Assembly: GCF_000143415.4 (NCBI RefSeq)
Contig: NW_003314262.1
Location: 1,539,960-1,603,959 of the forward strand
DNA from: Selaginella moellendorffii
Lineage: Eukaryota; Plantae; Lycopodiophyta
DNA length: 64,000 nt
Direction of reading: 5' to 3'
This document shows positions 50,201-62,706 of the stretch, one piece after another. The position numbers were made by a program, and so were the translations under genes. The notes under the pieces are model-generated. The model searched no databases. It saw only the letters and a list, made by a program, of their open reading frames with translations, and had not been told where the DNA came from. Positions within the stretch are counted from its first letter, which is position 1, and each line of letters starts with the position of its first letter.

Positions 50201-50413
50201 GGGATCCCAGCATGAGCATATCGGTGGATAATGTTGTGCATGGTTGGATGCGGAAGCAGAGTGCCACCATCACCTTGCTAGACCATGCAAGAGATGCAGC
50301 AAGAGCATTCATAACCCGGGTTCAAGGTGAGATTCATTAATATTCCTTTACTAAGTTTCTAATGTATTTTATTTCAAGGTGAACAATCCGAATCTGAATC
50401 AGAGGAGGCGTGA
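47272..50413 (+). pseudogene. Sola1-like transposase, copy 2 (two premature stops)
   Basis: Single frame 47272-50340 with TGA at 48580-48582 and 50017-50019 (sense codons in copy 1). Probable intron 50327-50378 and last exon 50379-50413. Confidence 0.85.
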
Positions 50414-51542
50414 TGGCATGTGGCCTGAGATGATGTGACATATGCATTTACCAATCACACGTGCATAAATCTAATAATATGGCGTGTGGCCCATATTAAT
50501 GGCACATAAACCCATATTGTGGGCTTACGTGCTTTATGTACCATCATTCCCTTGCAGCGTGTGTGTTGGTTTCCTTTTATAACACAACGAACTCCATATT
50601 TTAGGGTGAAGAGCGTTCTCATGGCAAGCACAAAATCTGTAAGTGAGGCAGAAAAGGAGACGGAGAAGGAGATAGGTGAAGATGTAGAATATATAAGTCT
50701 TCCAAACTCCTCGTACTATACTCCAGGTGATCATTTTTCTGAACAAACGGCAATATTAACAACTATCGAGAACGCCCCAGTAACGTCAGAGACAACAATC
50801 CAAAGCAAAACAACTGACCCGGAGAAGAATGATAGTACCGCTGAGAGTACCAAAAAGGAGGTGTCCACTAGCGCTTAGGCTTATAATGGTGTGTGCCTTC
50901 ATGCCATTTACTTGATCACCAAATACCTTTTTCCCTTTGCACTAGTATATCTTAATACCGGTCTGAGAAATAGAATGGCATGTGCCCTGAGGCCTTTTAC
51001 TAAATCACCTTTGAAAGAAATGCAAGCCTCTATGTCGTAAAAAAAAGGTACTAGAGAAATTCCTTAATAATATGAATGTTATTTAGTTTCATGAAAATAC
51101 ACTAAGGGTCAAATGAGTTAAATGACTTCTCCAGACTAGCAATGCCTCTTGCTACACCTTCACAATTAGATTCGTTAGAAAAAGATAACATTGAATAATA
51201 TCTAAATGTTCTCACCATTAAGTTATATGTCTGGCTAATAGGAATGACGTTCATCTTGGAAAGCTCACCACACGCTCAATGAACAAACAAATAGTGTGTG
51301 CGCGCATGCCATCGCTCTTCTTTAGCTTCAGATTCGGCTTGTTCACCTTGACAATGAGATTTATTATACAACCAGATGGACTCAGTCTGGACATAAAGTC
51401 ACCGCGCTAGTCACCATGCCCCAGATATGTCTAGCCTCTGGACAAAAAACATATAATTTCACGTCATTTTCAAATACTTGAAAATTTGTACCTAGTCCCA
51501 TTTTACTGAATAAATCCCACTTTAACGAAATAGAGCTTAAAG

Positions 51543-53343
51543 GTACTTCTTCCGTTCCTGTCTTTTTGTCACTCTTCACTGAGAGTAAGCACAAAAATGC
51601 TGCCTTAGTTCCTTTAGTGAGTTGTCCTCTCATGGACACCAGGTTTAAGCAGGATTCTTTAGCCTTGCTTTGCCCTACCTTTAGATCCTGGGCCTCCACC
51701 CTAGATCTTCTTCCTTGGGCATTCGCCAGTACCACAAGGTTCCTACCTTGTCCATGCAGGGCTACCACAAACCGATTGAACCAATCCATTCCGAAGATCA
51801 CGTCAAATCTCGCCATGTCCAACACGGTGAAATCCATGTCTACTTTCCATGTCCCTACTTCGACTCTCGCTTGTCGAAGTACCTCATTGGTGCTTTGGCT
51901 ACCTTGAACAAACTCTATAGTCCTTGGTTCGCCTAGCCGCTGCACCGTTAGTCCGGCTTGCCGGACTATGTCTGCAGCCACAAAATTATCCGAAGCACCA
52001 ATGTCAATAAGAATCTTAACAAAGCTACCTCCGAGCTTCCCTCAGAGGGCTAGTAGATGTCGCGAATGACTCTTTACCAAAGTTGCTCGTGTAATGAGTA
52101 ACTTTGAGTTAGGGACTGGATCACATACCTCAGTTTGGACTTCACCCGACTTGATGGCCATATTGGCTCTGGCCTTCTTCGGGTAGGGACATTCCCTCAA
52201 AAAGTGTCCCGCTTCACCGCAGTTGTAGCATACGTTGTTTCCCACGCTGCTATACGACTTGACCTTCTTATCCATGGGTTTGTCTCTTTTCGCTTGACTT
52301 CCTCACATACTCGCTCGCTGGCCACCGGATTTGCCTTTCCGGAACCCCGAGGACTCATTCTTAGAGAAACTCTTTTTGAATTTCCCCCTGCTATACGTTC
52401 CCCTTGGTTTGGCCCCTTTGCTAAACGTGGCTCCCGACCCCGTTGTGTTCCCTTTTCGCAGATTATCGTTGAAATGCACCTTGATGGCCGCATCCAACGC
52501 TTCCTTGTAGTTGGTCGGGTTCCAGCGCATCACCTCACCGTGAGCCCAGGTTTGCAAACCTGAAATGAAGGCATGGAACGCATCCATATCCCCCATGTCC
52601 GTGACAAGTATCCTCTTTGCCAAGAACCCATTCACATATTCCTGGATGGTTCCAGTCTGCTTCAGCCTACTCAGATGATCTCTCAGATGCAAAGTGGCAT
52701 TCGGAGGAACGTATGTTGCGCGGATCCTCGCCTTCATCATGTCCCAAGTGGCCACTGGTCCTTTGTTGGCCTCCGTCGTTCTCCACCAAGACTTGGCATT
52801 ATTTGCCAAGTATGGTTTTGCACATGGGACCTTCTCCGAGCTCGGTAATCGCAATGCTCAGAAGTAGTCCTCCATATCGTAAAACCAATCCTCCACCACC
52901 TTATAGTCATTCACTCCCTTGAAGACCGGTGGGGGTTTTGGTTTGTACTTGGGAACTGCCTGAGGGATTGATTCTACTTCGGTTTGTTCAACCTTGTTTG
53001 GTTCTGCCTCAGTCCCTGCCAAAGGGTCCGCACCTTCTGCGCTGCCAGCATCCGCAGTCTTTCGCCTTTTCTTCCGCTTCTCGTCACGCTTTAGCTTGCG
53101 TACGAGAGTCTCCAGCAGGGCATTGGTCTGCGCCAATTGACCTTCTAGAACGTCCAATCGAGCCTTGGATGACCGAACCTCGCCACCGGACTCCTGTTTG
53201 GAAGTTTCCTCACTAGAGTCCTCCTCATGCAAGGATTCCTCATCCATAGCCTCTTGTTCGACCGAAAGCTCCAGCTCTGGCGGAGGTTCTGTCTCCGCCT
53301 GGGTTCGCTTACGCCCTGCCCTTGCCATCTCCCAGCAATCCAC
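51543..53343 (-). pseudogene. Gypsy B gag and protease, disrupted
   Basis: Gag homology (WFYDMEDYF, AKSWWR, LKQTGTIQEY), zinc knuckle CYNCGEAGHFLREC, protease ILIDIGASDNFV and DVIFGMDWF. Confidence 0.9.
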
Positions 53344-54189
53344 CTCTATCCTTCGCTAGAACTGAGGAGAAGGCTCCGATACCAAATTGTAAGCCACAAA
53401 TTTTTCCTTTCCAATTTGCCAGCTTACCTCGTCTATCCGTCCGACACTGCCTTGGCTTTTGCTAAGTTCCCTCGCCAAGGTTCTCGCCTATGGTACCAAC
53501 TCCTACTTGGTCCTACTTGGTTTCAGCTACTCACTGCACGAGCAACGGAGTGTTAGCCATCCATCCACGGATTCCCAATCTCTCTCAATCCCCCTCCCCG
53601 GGTTAGACTGGACTTAAGGTTCGGCTACACTCCCCGCAAGCACAAGCAGCCAAGCACAAGCAGCCAAGCACACCAAGCTTCCAGGTTCCTAACATCCCTT
53701 GGTACCACAAGACTTGATCATGGGACCCTCTAAATCCCAAGTCTTGAGTGCAACACTTGCTTTGGGACATTGGGGCGAAACACCGTCGCCTAGCGGCCTG
53801 GTATGGGTACCTCTACCCCCCCCCACTTCCATCCCGAAGGAAGGCCCAAGCCCTTAGGAAGGGCGAGGACCAATAAGCCGCATGGTACTCAAGTGGGGCA
53901 CCACTCCACATGAGCCGAGAGCACCACAATCGGTTTCCCTTTCGGGAGTGGGAGCTACTCTTGAGCACTTCCTTGGATGGCCCCTCCAGCACCAACCAAG
54001 TCCATATTCACTCCCACCCAAGGCCCCTCGGTCCCAGTCTCAACCTCAAGTTGGAAGCCCCACTGGAGAGTCCCTTCAAAACTGGTTCCTGGACCTCACT
54101 ATCCCTACTATACTTTTGGAACCCCCTGCAGCCCCCCCCCGCCTGGGAGACGCACGCTTTGGGCTTTCACCCCTTGACCCGTATTAGTA

Positions 54190-54450
54190 TTTGAACTTAG
54201 TCTCTGGCTCAATCTTGGACTCAATTTCGGATCCGACTTCGGATTTGGTCTCGGACTCGATCTTGGACTCAATCTCGGACCCAATCTCGGACCCAACCTC
54301 GGACTCGACCTCGGACTCGGTCTCGGACCCGATTTCGGATCTCGGACTCCGTCTTGAACTCAGTCCCCGAGTCGGCCTCGGACTCAATTTCAGACTCTAT
54401 CTCGAATTCGGTCTCCGAGTCGGTCTTGGACTCGATCTTCGACTTGGTCC
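54190..54450 (+). repeat. Hexamer/12-mer tandem array (TCGGAC/TCGATC-like) within the Gypsy B LTR
   Basis: Read directly. A shorter version in the other LTR (34813-34935) accounts for most of the LTR length difference. Confidence 0.85.
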
Positions 54451-55554
54451 CATCCAATGAACTCTTTGTCATTTTGGTCATGCTTTCGGGGTTCCTTTAG
54501 CCTACGACACCTCGGCGAGTTGGTTCCTTACATATACTTTTTGGCTTCTAGTGGAAATAATAGTAATGATCAATATGTGTTGCGAATGTGACTTCAGGTA
54601 TCGAAAGTTACCTGTCGGCTAGTCCTTACGGACACTCTTACCTTACTGCCACAATGGCAGGAGGTTAATATTGCTAGACCCTTTATTAGTCCCTCTTGTG
54701 CTAGAGGAGTTAATTGGGCATTTCAAGTGTACTTAGACTGGACGAGCATAAGGACGGAATTCCTACTATTATTAACTAAGTATACTTAGCTTGGTAAGGA
54801 GTTCCTGTCTCGTTTTGTCTTGCACTGGCTAGTGACAAGAACCCTCGCGTATTAAGATTGGTCCCTCAATATCGCTACATGATAGCTTACCGTGTCTGCC
54901 AAACACCCTCGCTATTATGCCCTTTGTGTTAGTCTCATTTTGGTCCCAAATGCTATTTATGGAAAGTGTCCAGATTTGCTCATTTGGCATATCTACAGAA
55001 TGTAGAGATCGGCATGAACACAATGGTGCTCATCCCGTGTCCAAATTCATAATCTAGGGACATTCCATATTTAGTAAGTTTCGAGCTTGTCCCAAAGACT
55101 AACTCCTGATACTAATGAAGATTTCGGGTGAAAGCCCAAAGCATGTGTTCCTCAACGGGGGGGGGCTGTGGTTCCAAATGTATAATAGGGATCGTGGGTA
55201 GGTCGGGCATGGCTGACCAACCTGAGGCATAGTCTAGCTCCCGCTTGCGTGCTTGTCCTTGTTCTGCATCCAGCTTGGGTTTAAGCCCAAGTTCCATTCC
55301 ATGTTAGCTGGTGGAGTACCCATATTTCACGTTAGACAACTGGTATGCCGAAATAGCGCCAGACTCCGTTTGGCTCTATTTTGCATGCTAGTCCTGGCAT
55401 TAGGATGCTGGTTGCTCTAGGATTGTTTTAAGTCCCTTCGAGCTCTTGTCCCTTCGCTCCTTGGGCTGTGTGCTCAGGAGTTGCTCCATGGTTCAGTTCC
55501 GTCACTCCTTAGTTCCATGCTTGAGAGTTTGGCACTATTCCTTCGTTTAGTGGC

Positions 55555-58500
55555 TGTCGCGAATGTGACTTCAGGTATCGAAAGATACTTGTCGACCAGT
55601 CCTTACGGACACTCTTTCCTTACTGCCATGACGGCAGAAGGTCGGTACAGTTGGTTCCCTTTATTGTTCCCACTTGAGCTAGTTGAGAAACTGGTCAATG
55701 ACCGTGTACTTAAATCGGATAAACATAAGGTAGGAACCCTATGTGTTTCTTGCTGAGCATACTCGGCCTGGTTTGAGAAACTCCTGTCATTGGCTTGCAC
55801 TTGCTAGTGTCAAGAACCCCCGGGATATTGAGACTAATCCCTCAATATTCATTAAATGATAGCTTACCGTGTCTGCCAAACACCCTCGCTATCACGCCCT
55901 TTGTGTTGGTCTCATTTCGGTCCCAAATGCTATTTAAGGAAAGTGTCTAGATTAGCTCATTTGGCATATTTACGGAATGTAGAGATCGGCCTGAACACAA
56001 TGGTGTTTGTCCCGTGTCCAAATTCACAATCTAAGGACATTCCATATTTAGTAAATTTCGGACTTGTCCCAGAGACTAACTCCTGGTACTAAGGGAGGCT
56101 TGGGGTGAAAGCCCAAAGCGTGTGTCCCTCAAGGGGGGGGGGGGGCTGTGGGGGGTTCCAAATGTATAGTAGGGATAGTGGTTGGAATGCATGTCCGACC
56201 ACCTGAGACATTAGTTTGGCTCCTGCTGGGCTGTGTCGCTCCTTGTTCTGCGTCCAACTTGGGTCTAAGCCCAAGCTCCACGCTGCTCTAGTCGGTGGAG
56301 TACCCTCCTCCTCGTGCTAGGCCACCGGTATGCCAAAATTGTGCCAGACTCTGTCTGACACCATTTTGCGTGCAGGTGCTGGATACGGGGAGCTGGTGCT
56401 CGTGGGATTGTACCGGACCCTCGTTTCGTAGCGCAACGGGCTTGGAGTTCGGCTCCAAATTTAGGTGTGCTACATTTGGTATCAGAGGAATTGTCTCAGC
56501 GATTCCTATCCAACTTTTGTCAAATTTTTTGACTTAAGTTGCATACGTAGAGACTTTTCTAGTAGATCCGAAGTGACCTGTGTAGGATTAGCTGGATTGC
56601 ACCATTCGGTAAGAATGTTGTATGCATGTTCAGTGACTGATAGAGGCATGCATGCAGCTAGCGGGATGGTGAAACGGAACCGTGCTGATGACGCTAAAAC
56701 CTCTAGACGGGCGAATCGAGAGGAGGAAACTCCTGCTAGAGATGCTGTGGAAGAGGCAGAGGCTGAGTCGGAAGAGGAAGAGCCAAATGCTGCGGCGTTG
56801 CAGCGTACGGCTCAAAAAGTCGAGATCGAGAATTTGCGAAAGGAGATTCGCAAATTGAAGAAGGAGAACAAAAAGAGGAAGAAAGAAGCTGAGGCAGCCA
56901 AACCAGCTAAGCCTAAGCAACCAGACTCCTCTTCAAGTTCTGAGGACGATGAAGTTCTGCAGCCGCCCCTGATTGCACGAGTTTCAAAGTTCAAGCCTCC
57001 GAAACCACCCAACTTCAGAGGCATGCGGGACTATCAGGTTTTGGAAGACTGGGTCTACAATATGGAGAACTACTTCATAGCGGCAGACGTAGATGATCGT
57101 ACGAAAGTTGCGTGCGCGCAATCCTTTCTCACTGATCATACCAAAACTTGGTGGCGCCAAGTGTGTGCTGTAAAAGGGCAGACTAGGAGTTGGACCAAGA
57201 TGTGGTCTCGTATCCGTAAGGAATACTTGGCAGATGATCTTGGTCTGAGACTTCGCGCGGAGCTGCGGCGGTTAAAGCAGTGAGGTGATCTCATGCATTA
57301 GGTTAATGCGTTTGCTCAGAAGCGCATTATGATTGCAAATATGAGTGACGAAGATGCTCGATGTAAGGAGGCAGCGCAGCAAGTTGCCTTTAGTCACTCA
57401 CTCATGGAACAATATCAGCAACCGTATGCTGGTAACTCGGACAAGAATAGGAATTCTGGGAATAAACAAGGTGATCGGAAACAGAGGGTGGAAAGTAGGT
57501 TCCGCCCTGGAGGCTCACAAGCAACGGTTAACAAAGGTGGTGGTGGTTGGAGACCACCAGCAGCTTCTTCTGGTCCTAGGCCCTCTGTTCCTCCTCCTAG
57601 TGGGTACAAGCAGCAGCAACCTGCAAAACCTGCTCCTAGCGGAACGGATAGTGTGGGTCATTGCTTCCATTGTGGAGAGTCGGGACATAGGTCCTCGGAA
57701 TGTCCCAACAAGCATAAGACAAGGTCTCGGGTTAATGTCATGAGGGAAGACGGTGGTGGTGAAGCTGAAGGAGTTGACGAGTTGGTCAATGCAGACTATG
57801 AGGAAGAAGAGGTGAGTAACTTTCATTGCTTTCCTCAAGCTTTTCTTGCAGTCAATGCAAACACTGATCCGTTGATGTATCTGGTAGGCTTTGTCCGTGG
57901 ACACCGAATCCGAGTGATGATTGACACGGGAGCTACGCACAGCGTGATGTCCAAAGACTTAGTTAAGTTGTTAGGATTGAATGCTGAGCAAATGTCACCT
58001 ATGCATTTCCGGTTTGCGGAAGGTGGGCAAGTAGCCAGAAAGTTTGTGAGTGATGTTCCAATAAAGATATCCAAGTGGAAAGAAAGAGTGGACTTGGTAG
58101 TGTTGAAGATACCAGATTTTCAGATGGTGTTTGGTATGGATTTCTTCAACAAGTATATAAAAGGGATTTATGGGGATGTCGGACCTTTTGGGTTCAAGTG
58201 ATGGAAGCTGAGAATGTGGGTGACTCTGTTCGGATTGGCGACGGGGTTGATCTTGTACCAAAGAAGATATTGGAGTTGTTGGCGCAGAATCAGGATATCT
58301 TCCCGAAGGATTTGCCACCAGGGTTACCCCCTAGCCGTGAGGTTGATCATCGGATTGAGGTTATTCTGGGTTCTAAACCACCCACGAAAGCTCCGTATCG
58401 GTTGAACATCAAGGAGATGGCTGAACTCAAGAAGCAACTCACGGAGCTTCTTGACAAAGGTCATATCCGACCCAGCAAGTCACCTTATGGAGCACCAATC

Positions 58501-61500
58501 CTTTTTGTTATGAAAAAGGATGGAACCATGAGGATGTGTATTAACTATCGGGCACTCAACAAGATCACAGTTAAGAATAGTTATCTTTTGCCTCGCATTG
58601 ATGACTTGTTTGACCAACTCTTAAAGGCTAAGTATTTTACGCAACTTGATTTGCGGTCTGGGTATCATCAGATACGGGTGGCGGATCAGGATGTGGAGAA
58701 GACAGCCTTTAAGACTCGGTATGGATCTTATGAGTTCCTTGTCATGCCGTTCGGGTTATGCAATGCTCCGGCAACGTTCAGCACTATGATGGATAGAATA
58801 TTCGAAGATTATTTGGACGCATTTGTTGTCCTATACATCGATGATGTTCTAGTCTTTAGTGAAACGTTGGAGGATCATTTGAAACACTTGGAGCTGGTGT
58901 TTCAGAAGTTGCGCGAACACAAACTGTATGCTAAGGAAAGTAAATGCGCTTTTGGTCAATTGCGCGTAAACTTTCTCGGACATATAGTTGGTGGTGGCGT
59001 GATTGAGGTCGATCCAAAGAAGGTGGAAGCGGTGAAGTCCTGGGAAGTCCCGACCACTGTATCTGATGTTCGTTCCTTTCTCGGTTTGGCTGGATACTAT
59101 CGCAAGTTTGTTTGCAATTTTGCAAGAATTGCTCTTCTGTTGACTGAGTTGACGAAGAGCAATATTCTGTTTCATTGGACACCAGCTTGTCAGCGTACTT
59201 TTGTACGATTGAAGGAGATCTTGACTACGGTTCCTGTTCTCAGGATCCCGGATCTTGATAAACCCTTCGAAGTGCATTGTGATGCATTTGGTTATGCTAT
59301 TGGTGCCGTGTTACAGCAAGATTGTGACAAAGCCGTTGGTGTTACGCTAAGGCGACATGGTTGTCCCGTTGCGTTCTATTCCAAGAAATTGGATGAAACC
59401 CAACGAAGATGGCCAACGCATGAGAAAAAGATGTTTGCTATAGTGTCAACCCTGGAACACTGGAGACACTACTTGGGTGGACACACTAAGGTTTATACAG
59501 ATAGTAACACACTAAGCTACTTTGCTACACAGCCTAAACTTACGCCAAAGCAGGCTCGTTGGCAAGAGAAGCTTGCTAGATATGATATGGAAATCATATA
59601 TAAACTTGGTAAAGACAATGTTGTTCCGGATGCATTGAGTCGTCAGGCTCAATTCCGGGCAATATCGACAATCAGTTCGGACTGGTTGGAAGACGTTCAA
59701 GCTTCATATGGACGTGACCCATTGGCAAAGGCAATCTTATGTCGAGCGGGGTTGTTGAAGCAGAGCCCTGGTAGCGAAGCAGCAAAAGTTGCTAGTCGCA
59801 CTAATGCGAAACTTCACTTCTCAGTTCGGGATGGGCTTATATTCTATAAGCAAGAAAGATTGTATCTTCCCTCTAAAGATCTGCAATAGTTATTTTTGTG
59901 GGAACATCATGATGTTCCAGCAGCGGGACATGGTGGACAGCGAAAGACACTAGCTTCGTTGAAAAAGGGATTTTTCTGGTCTGGTATGGAAGGTGATGTA
60001 GCGGACTATGTCCGTTCCTGCCCTATATGCCAGCAATGTAAGCGCAAAGCTGAGAAGCAGGCTGGAAAGTTGCAGTGCATTCCAGCACCGGCATGGCCAT
60101 TTCAAAGTGTGACACTTGATTTCGTCACTTGCTTGCCGAAGTCTAAGGGTTATAATACTTTGATGGTGGTTGTGGATAGGTTGTCGAAAATTGCACACTT
60201 CATTCCAACTGTGGGAACAGTGAATGCAAAACAAGCAACAAAGCTCTTTTTCCATGAAGTAGTGCGGGTTCATGGTCTCCCTGAAGAGATGATCTCAGAT
60301 AGGGATTCGAGGTTTACAGGGAAGTTTTGGGGCACACTGTTCCAGTTGTTTGGTACTAAGTTGAAGTTTAGTACGGCTTATCATCCTCAAACTGATGGGT
60401 AGACCGAACGCGTGAATGCTCAAGTTGAGGATTATCTGCGATACTATGTCGCAATGGACCAACACGACTGGGTTGAGCATTTGGATACAGCAGAAATATG
60501 TTATAACAACACATTTCACAGCACTATCGGCTGTTCTCCATGGGAGATGCTGCAAGGAAATGCTCGTGGGGTTCCTCAACAGATTGCTGTACCGAAACCA
60601 ATGTCTGAAGTGTTGGTCCCAGCCATTGAGACTTATGCGGAGCAGCTACGTCAAGGTTGGTCTAGAGCAACTGAGGCGATGGGCAAAGCTCAAGATAGGT
60701 ATCGACGTGATAAGGATCAGCATCAGCGGGATGTATCCTATCAAGTGGGAGATCAGGTCTGGCTATCTTCCTGCAACTTGAACATTAAGGGGTGTTTATC
60801 TTGGAAATTATTGCCAAGATATGTTGGACCCTATCGGGTGGTGAAACCAGTTGGTGATGTATCCTATAAGTTGGATCTTCCGGATGAGTTGTCCAATGTA
60901 CATGATGTGTTTCATGTTAGTTTACTAGCACCATATCATGTTGCTATGGATCACTCTGTGGACATTCGTCCCCCTCCGGAGGTTGTGAATGGTGACATGG
61001 AGTATGAGGTCGAAACGATTCTCTTGTCTCGCAAAGCTTGTGGTGGTCGTTCCAAGGAATATCTAGTTAAGTGGAAAGGTTATCCAACTTGTGAATCAAC
61101 TTGGGAACCTCTTAGTAATCTTACACATGCTCGTGAGCTTATCACGGAGTATGAGAATCGTAATAAAAACTAGCTTTTGTAAATCTTGTAATAAATCTTG
61201 CAAATTAATAAAATACTATATTTCTATAATCAAAGTGTCGTTTCTCTCGTTCATTAGTACTTGGGTCAGTTTTGGCAGGCTGACTTCGGCACTTCGGCGC
61301 ATGGGTCCAATCCATAACCATGGGGATAACTATTATAGACTGATCACAAGTCCCCGCCTCTCTCTCGATGACTCATTTTCGAAAAGGGGCGTGGTCGTGT
61401 AAACAACTTAATCTGCCAGTTTATAGTAGTTATCTAAATCTTCCCGACGGGGTTGATTTCTTGCTCAGGGGAAGTTGGGCCTCTGGCCCTCTCCCTATGT

Positions 61501-62706
61501 CCCTGCGGGCAGGGATGTATCATTCCTTTGTAAGCCGAGTGGTACTCGGAGCAGCAAGAGTGGCTAACTTTGCTAGTCATTTCCTTGTCGGTGACGGCCG
61601 GAGGGTGTCTGAGTCTTAACGTCTTTGGACGTAGAGGAGAGGTCGTTCCATAACTCATTTAAGTCGGTGCGTTTCCCACATAGTGTGCTTTCCGTTAACT
61701 TTCAGAGTTGTTTCCTTGACGGTTTGCTAGACTCGGGTATGCATCGACGAGGACATCAATCTTCCCCAAGGGGGGGAGAGTGTCGCGAATGTGACTTCAG
61801 GTATCGAAAGATACTTGTCGGCCAGTCCTTACGGACACTCTTTCCTTACTGCCATGACGGCAGAAGGTCAGTACAGTTGGTTCCCTTTATTGTTCCCACT
61901 TGAGCTAGTTGAGAAACTGGTCAATGACCGTGTACTTAAATCGGATAAACATAAAGTAGGAACCCTATGTGTTTCTTGCTGAGCATACTCGGCCTGGTTT
62001 GAGAAACTCCTATCATTGGCTTGCACTTGTTAGTGTCAAGAACCCCCGGGATATTGAGACTAGTCCTTCAATATTCGTTAAATGATAGCTTAGTACCGTG
62101 TCTGCCAAACACCCTCGCTATCACGCCCTTTGTTGTGTTGGTTTCATTTCGGTCCCAAATGCTATTTAAGGAAAGTGTCTAGATTAGCTCATTTGGCATA
62201 TTTACGGAATGTAGAGATCGGCCTGAACACAATGGTGTTCGTCCCGTGTCCAAATTCACAATCTAAGGACATTCCATATTTAGTAAGTTTCGGACTTGTC
62301 CCAGAGACTAACTCCTGGTACTAAGGGAGGCTTGGGGTGAAAGCCCAAAGCGTGTGTCCCTCAAGGGGGGGGGGGGGCTGTGGGGGGTTCCAAATGTATA
62401 GTAGAGATAATGGTTGGAATGCATGTCCGACCACCTGAGACATTAGTTTGGCTCCTGCTGGGCTGTGTCGCTCCTTGTTTTGCGTCCGACTTGGGTCTAA
62501 GCCCAAGCTCCACGCTGCTCTAGTCGGTGGAGTACCCTCCTCCTCACGTTAGGCCACCGGTATGCCAAAATTGTGCCAGACTCCGTCTGACACCATTTTG
62601 CGTGCAGGTGTTGGATACGAGGAGCTGGTGCTCGTGGGATTGTACCGGACCCTCGTTTCGTAGCGCAACGGGCTTGGAGTTCGACTCCAAATTCAGGTGC
62701 GCTACA
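55555..62706 (+). mobile_element. Ty3/Gypsy chromovirus C (7,152 bp)
   Basis: LTRs 55555-56474 and 61781-62706 (TG...CA, highly similar). TSD GTGGC. PBS TGGTATCAGAG. PPT AAGGGGGGGAGAG. Confidence 0.97.
56648..61173 (+). pseudogene. Gypsy C gag-pol with chromodomain, disrupted
   Basis: [34 protein letters not shown], integrase core, and EYEVETIL...YLVKWKGYPTCESTWEP. Stops ending at 57283, 59889 and 60402, and a frame break near 58200. The start is approximate. Confidence 0.92.

Larger units (their letters stand above)
38406..51538. mobile_element. Giant TIR DNA transposon, copy 2 (13,133 bp, inverted relative to copy 1)
   Basis: TIRs at 38406-38429 (one C>T) and 51515-51538. TSD AAAG at 38402-38405 and 51539-51542. 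Removing the element plus one TSD restores the Gypsy pol frame ([15 protein letters not shown]). Confidence 0.97.
34040..54532 (-). mobile_element. Ty3/Gypsy chromovirus B (~7.4 kb net), split by DNA transposon copy 2
   Basis: 3' LTR 34040-35016, 5' LTR 53388-54532. TSD TATAC (34035-34039 and 54533-54537). PBS TGGTATCGGAGC (complement of 53373-53384). PPT next to 35017. Confidence 0.95.

Noticed and set aside
38406-51538. Segmental duplication or assembly artefact
   Set aside because: Similarity ends exactly at the TIRs, each copy has its own TSD, and the copies differ by many substitutions and indels.
51382-51981. 199-aa ORF as a distinct gene
   Set aside because: It is a chimera: Gypsy protease frame reading through the insertion junction into the transposon TIR.
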